Below, piece by piece: positions 57,375 to 64,000 of a stretch of 64,000 bases of DNA. Every line of letters starts with the position of its first letter. Position 1 is the first letter of the stretch. A program made the position numbers and the translations under genes. The DNA lies in NCBI RefSeq assembly GCF_006345805.1, contig NC_043008.1:70990001-71054000 (forward strand), given 5' to 3'. The notes below the pieces were generated by a model, which worked only from the letters and a program-made list of their open reading frames with translations, searched no databases and had not been told where the DNA came from. This DNA comes from Octopus sinensis (taxonomy: Eukaryota).

Positions 57375-58394
57375 GAACAATTCATCAGTTGTTCCTACGG
57401 ATCTTTAATAATCTCTCTGAAATTGTGTGATTTCCTTGAATTTCTTTACAGGCATCAATTTATAGAGGTTTGATTTCAATATCAATTGACTTAGTGAGTT
57501 AAATTGAGTCGAAAGTTATATGTATTTGAATTAAGCCCTAGGGGATTGGGTGAGACCACAGAAATGAAAAATAATAAAAACAACACCTACAGCAGCATTA
57601 TACAAATAATAAAACCGATTATAAGAAAGGAGTGTAGAATAATTAATCAACCTAAGTATGTTTCTGATACCTATTTTAGAGACCCATTCAGTACAAACAT
57701 CACAAAAATATCAAACCATTACACATCCTTCTAATCCATAACCCAGATATCAAAAACCTCTTATCTATTGGAACTCTATGTTGCTTCATGTAGATCAGTA
57801 GTTCAATTCTTATTTGGCCACAGCTACTTCAGAAAGACTTCCAGGTTCCCGGGTACTCTGTGAAACAGAGTAATGATTATTTTTCTCGTGTTATCTCCGA
57901 CACAAATGCATAGATAATGTGCTGGTCAAGCAAAAGTGTCAAGGTCTTCCATGCGGTCAAATGGCGCTTGCTGAGAATGAAAGAGTTAGACCAGACACGG
58001 AATGGAAAACCACTCTTTGGATTTTATTATAGAGTAGCACTTTTCTTTCTCACACTCTCAATGATAATAATTGCTGTTTACAATCGCAATGATAAACAAT
58101 AGTTTAAACCGAAATCCAAACAAGATACGTTAAACGATAGCCAAAAAATTTGGCTCCTAGGTATCATGCATATTGCCATCGCTCTGCTTAGTACTGCTCG
58201 TATTTTGATTTTGATTTTTCCAGTTTCAGCTCATGAGCTGTGACCATGCTGGGGCACCGCCATTTATTTCTATTTCCTTTATATATACATATACATTCAT
58301 ACAATGCTATACAATCATACATGTATATAAATATAATGTTGCACGTGTGTGTGTATGTATGTATGTATGTATGTATGTATGTATGTATGTATTA

Positions 58395-59175
58395 TGTCAG
58401 GTCACCTTTGGGTGCTACTGTTAACATGTAACCCAGTACAACTTGTTGCATGGTCGGGTCGTCGGCGACTAAACCGGCAACCCCACCAAGCTTGCTTGGT
58501 GAGGAGGGTGTTTATTGGACACCCTGTGGGATGAAAATCAGAACCCATCAAAGGGCGGAGGAACTCTTGAGAGTCAACGGCCATCCAATAAATGTCTTAA
58601 GGCTATATCATTAGCGGGGACATAGAAATAATCGGACTGAATACCCGGTCGCGCGGTTAAACCATTGGGAGTGAAGGACTCCTAGCCTTTGTTAGGGCAT
58701 CCTTATAGGAGAAGGTAACTCAGGTAACTGGGATAACAAAGCGGCGAGCTGGTAGAAATGTTAGCACGCCGGGCGAAATGCTTACCGGTATTTCGTCTGC
58801 CGTTACGTTCTGAGTTCAAATTCCGCCGAGCTCGGCATTGCCCTTCGTCCTTTCGGAGTCGATAAATTAAGTACCAGTTACGCACTGGGGTCCATGTAAT
58901 CGACTTAATCCATTTGTCTGTCCTTGTTTGTCCCCTCTGTGTTTGGCCCCTTGTGGGTAGTAAAGAAATAGGTAACTGGGATAACTCCGACATAAAACCT
59001 GCGGCTCAGTGGTTACCGATGATGTTGACTTGTTCTTCTTTTCGGATTATGGCTGCTGTTGCTTAGTGAGTGGGATTGACTCAGTGCACAGCCTTTTCTC
59101 ACTTTAAAAAAATCTTCTTGCACAGGCATTGCATGATAACAACATTGATTAAGCTTCATGCAATGGGCAGCCACC
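58395..59175 (+). mobile_element. Non-coding RTE-derived element, interrupted by a SINE
   Basis: taggagaaggtaactc resembles RTE 5' UTRs; its 3' end shares motifs with the RTE tail at 35430-35480; (TATG)n on both sides. Confidence 0.6.
58738..58969 (+). mobile_element. Young SINE family B copy with 16-bp target-site duplication
   Basis: aggtaactgggataac at 58722-58737 and 58970-58985 flanks an intact head and core. Confidence 0.95.
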
Positions 59176-60096
59176 ATATATGTATGTATATATGTATGCA
59201 TGCATGCATGTATGTATGTGCGCATGAACGTATGTATGTATGTACGTATGTATTATATATGTATGTTCACCATTTGTGTTTTTGTAATGTATGCGGATGA
59301 ATACAGTGTCAACATGTCGTTGTCTCTATGCCTCTATACATGAATATAAATTCTATGACAATGCTACATAAACCTGTAAATACGTCTCTATATGGACGTG
59401 TGAGTATGCACATATATTTTTGTGCTCATATCTGTGATTATATGTGAAGACATAAAGGTACACATCAGTATATGTTTGTGCTTTTGTGTTTGTGTGAGTG
59501 TGTGCGATTATCAATGTTTGTATATATTTAGTTTTGTAAAGTATTTTGTATTAGAATTTTAAATGTATGCGTGTTTTGTATTTTACGTCTTTGTATGTGT
59601 GTATAACGGTAGATATCATTGTTTAGAGCATTTTAAATACGTATTCAACCATTTAATGCTTTATATCACCACAATTGTATAGAGGGAATGCAGCAGAAAA
59701 CAAGAAAAAACAGAAAAGATAAAGCATTGCACCAGAAAACTCCAAAACAGACTAGAAGGCCCCAGAATACAGCATCACAAACACACTTGTTGCTACACTC
59801 GCATACGAAATCACACTGACATAAGATACGTACATACACATACAGGCATACACACACGTACACATTCATAGATATGTAAATATATACCTACATACATACA
59901 AATTTACACACATGCACATACGCAATTCCAAGACAACAAATTGTTCGGAATGCACCAAAAGACACGACATTAAATTAAAATATTGCAACATATATAATAT
60001 ATGAAGTAGGGATATATATATAAGCGTACGTGAATATAAACATGTGTATATAATTATATATTTGTATAACTGTATATACACTACGGATATGTATAC

Positions 60097-60144
<48 letters not shown>

Positions 60145-63100
60145 TCACTTATATGCTTATATATAGGTATGTGCATGTATATTCATACGTACATACATAT
60201 ATACACATATACATTATGTGTACATACATACGCATAAATAAATTTAATGTAACTTTTTTCAGTCTTCTATAAAGATGAGAGATAACAAAAGCATATCTGT
60301 CTAATTTTTTTGTTTTTTGTTTTTGAAACGAGGTTAGGAATTCATCGAGAACGAGGTACAAATTCTGCACACACAAACACGCACACACACATAGACACAC
60401 ACGCGCACACATACGCACGCACACGCACATGTACATGCACATGTATGTATACACACATATATATGTGTGTGTGTGTGCATGTATATATATATATATATAT
60501 ACAAATATAAAAAGAGAGAGAAAGAGTGAGAGGTATAGATACATACACACACATACATATATATATACATATTTTTATATATGCCTATATATTTATTGGT
60601 ACACTCACACGTACACACACACATATATATATATGCTAAGTTCTTCATGAATTTCTTAAAATGTAAAAAAGAAGATATTTTATTGCCATATCTCATCTTT
60701 GAGTAAAATAATAAATTTAAAATATATATTTACTGAAAAAAGAAAAAGAAAATGCATAGCTAAGAAGTGTTATTGTACATTTTCTTTTCTATCTATTTGT
60801 GAAGTATGAAAATCGCAATAAATTTAAAAATTGGTTTCTGATTTCATAAACATGTAACAACAAGTAAAAATAAACAACAAAATCCTCTTTGGACATTAAG
60901 ACAGTGCTTTTGTTTTAATATAAAAGTACAGGCATATTATAAAGACGTGGTTATATATACAGAGACACATGTATATGTGCATTGCATATATAAGCATATC
61001 CATTTGTTTATACACTCACACATTAAGCTGAATGTAGCTTTATGTTAATTCTAATTCAGAACTTAAGAATTGTAACCGTTCACATTTCCTTAAAGCTTTT
61101 CACGCAACGGTTATCCATTTGTAATCTTGAGAATTCATGTCAGATTTGCACTGTTTCCTCGGAAATGAGATCTTCAATACCTCGTTCAATGGAGACACAT
61201 TCTCAAAGACACATTCATTGATAACAATGCACCGGCACTAAGTAACAACCACAACAAGAACAACAATGATAAGAGTAGCAACAGTAACAATAACAACAAC
61301 AATATCGCTATATACATTCCTTCTGCATAGTAAACCGTCCACTAAACATTTAAAAGTGCATAAAATGTCACTACAAATGCAATGAGTCCCAATCTGCTGT
61401 GAGATCTCACTGCAATTTACATACACATACACGCGCGTACGCACACATACATACACACACACACACATACATACACACGTCTGTGAACACTTAATTTAAG
61501 ATAGACCTTCATTGCAGCAACTGCCTCTTTGGGGGGATTATGTATGGAAACATGGCATATAATGAATTTCTCCCTTGAAATAGCATTCAGTGCAAGCTTC
61601 TTTTTACATTTGAGTGTATGCGAACGAGTTAAGTACAGATGTAGACGCCTTGCACGAGTCTATGTGCGTGTATGTGCATGTACTGAATCTCTACAAAACT
61701 TAATAAGCACCCCGACTGCAGTACACTTTGAACGTTTAATCAAGACCTCCACCAGTGTAATAGTTATCGTTACTAGAACGGTGATACTGACATAACCATA
61801 TACATCAGTCACATCATACATAAACTGGTAAATGTATAGTTAATCTTCAAGCATTCATTGACTATTCGTCCCAAATGTACACCTCAACAGACTCGCTAAT
61901 TTTTTCATACTATTCTCTAAAATCACTATTTCATTAACCACTATAAGTGACTTGCTTTCCATTTTCGTTAAAACCACATTATCCTGTTCTTTTTTTCCCT
62001 CTCGCCATGCCTACTCCGGGTGGTATCTATACCACCACGATTTCTCCTTCGAACAGTAGATCAATTGAATTTTCTGTTTAGTAGGATTCAATAGCAGGCA
62101 ACAACATACAAATGTTTAAGTTAAATGTATGTCTCATTTATTTCGCCAGTCTCAAGAGCATCTACAAAAGTTAACCAGTCCTACACTTCAGAGATTTATC
62201 AAACTCTTCAAAATGCAGAATAATTTAAGTGGCCCTCGACACAGTTTTTGTCCTCCAATTCTTGATTTGGACGCTATGAAACCGGAATTATATGAATCTT
62301 ACTTAATAAAACTTCCCTCGGACCTTCTCAGATATATACTCCTTTTTATTATTTTGAGGCTCAAATTTGGAATTGATTAGGTTATTTTTGAATTAGACAC
62401 TGTCTCTTTTATCAGTGAAATCCATCCTTCTTGATTGTGATATTTTATGTATAATTACAGCATCAATTCATCACAAAGAGTCAGGGTTGGATATTTAAGA
62501 GAAGGAAATGACTCACTGGATCGATTCTTGACTAGATAAGAAAAATGGCTATTTACGAGTGATTCGAACTCGTAATATAAGGGGTGTACGATGAATAACT
62601 CATTAGTTTCGGTACTATGATATATTCTTTCTTAAGCTTACATGGTTCATGGGGCTGTAACTTATTTAGATTTTCAAGGTGTTTAGGCTAAAAGTAGAAG
62701 AGATCTCCTCCTCTGTACGCGACACAAGTATTGTTCGGAATTAAAGCTCATAGCTTCCTATTTTCAGCGTGATTGAAGTAATTTGCCCATGGTCAACGCG
62801 CCGCCCAGTTCGAGAATCGGAACCAGACGTAATGATCTTGTGCACAACGCACTGGACCAAATACCACCAAACTATATACACTACATGCTATCTGTTAAAG
62901 ATTTGTATCAGTAGTATGGATTGTAGTTGTAGTAGGAAGAGGTGTAACAACAAAGACCATTTTCTTTCAGGGCCTTCATGATTGATTAAAAGCTGACTAT
63001 GATTAAAAGTTCGACCAGAACGTATGAAAAATTTTGGATGTTTCTCTTAATATAGTATCCTTGTTTTCCATTACAAAACTTTTGCTAATTATTTTAGATA

Positions 63101-63759
63101 ATTCTGTTAGCTGCTATATTTATTTTAATACGTAGACATTTATTTGTTTAATTATTTAGTTTTATGCTTTAAAACAAAACATTTATTGGTCGATAGATAC
63201 GAGATATACAAATGCGTACAGAATAAAAATATCATGTGATACGGAGAGAAGAGAAGAGAAAAGAAAGCTGGAGATATTGCAACGTTATGGATCGTTAAAG
63301 TAGTGTTTGTGAGATCAGTGATACTAATTATAGCTAAAAGTCTGACCAGTGGCGCCGGCGGGATCCATTGGGATCGAAATAAATGCGGGGGAGAGAGGGA
63401 AAGAGAGATGTGGCATGAAGAAATTAAGCTGGGAGAAATGGCAAGATAAAGAAAGTGAAAGGGTGGGAATTGGGTGTGGAAGAATGTGCAGAAGAAGTTC
63501 AGGCTCAGTGCCAGCCAACAACAAGAATTGATATTTATATAAATAGATATATATATTGATGGTGACCTTTGCACTTTCAACCGAAAATCACGTCGATTGG
63601 ACATATTGAATTATGTATGTACGTGCGTTTATATATATATATATGTGTGTGTGTGGGTGTGTGTATATATATATATATATAAAGAACAACGTGGTGATGC
63701 ATACACACGTAGTTACATAAGTGTAAATAAATACAAGCTTTTTCATATACAACCATTCA

Positions 63760-63823
63760 TGTATGTATGTATTTATATATATATATATGTATATATATGT
63801 GTATATATATATATATACATATA

Positions 63824-63887
<64 letters not shown>

Positions 63888-63891
63888 GTAT

Positions 63892-63925
<34 letters not shown>

Positions 63926-63949
63926 ATGTAATATATATATATATTATAT

Positions 63950-63983
<34 letters not shown>

Positions 63984-64000
63984 GTATATTATATATATAT
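63760..64000. repeat. Degenerate (TA)n/(TATG)n array
   Basis: Direct reading. Confidence 0.96.

Noticed and set aside
57380-57760. Possible Penelope RT remnant (EICD-like and PFSTNI motifs)
   Set aside because: Too few matching residues to call by eye.
62129-62380. 83-aa non-repetitive ORF with an internal acceptor-like site
   Set aside because: No recognisable domain or donor; the length is compatible with chance.
63563-63575. DR1 nuclear-receptor-like site TGACCTTTGCACT
   Set aside because: A single motif cannot be called functional from sequence alone.

Overview
AT-rich eukaryotic non-coding DNA with very dense microsatellites, most likely from an octopod cephalopod. That assignment is inferred from recalled tRNA-derived SINE families and repeat composition, not from a database hit. 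No recognisable host protein-coding gene, tRNA gene, intact rRNA gene or CRISPR array is visible, and nearly all supplied ORFs are translated (TA)n, (CA)n, (TATG)n or (AAT)n repeats. The interpretable content is a set of decayed mobile elements: three SINE families (my labels A, B, C), RTE and R4/Dong-clade LINE remnants, Penelope-like remnants, two mariner fragments and three DD37D (maT) Tc1/mariner copies. The most notable observations are four. (1) A 138-bp fold-back at 6704-6841 whose right arm folds into a nearly canonical minimal hammerhead ribozyme. (2) An LSU (28S-type) rRNA-derived insert at 54352-54467 made of two non-adjacent rRNA segments in opposite orientation. (3) A mosaic local duplication (about 32.3-33.2 kb versus 39.3-40.1 kb) with a 154-bp near-identical core resembling a terminal exon. 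(4) A few weak small-exon candidates on the + strand. Alignments were done by eye, so TE boundaries are approximate.
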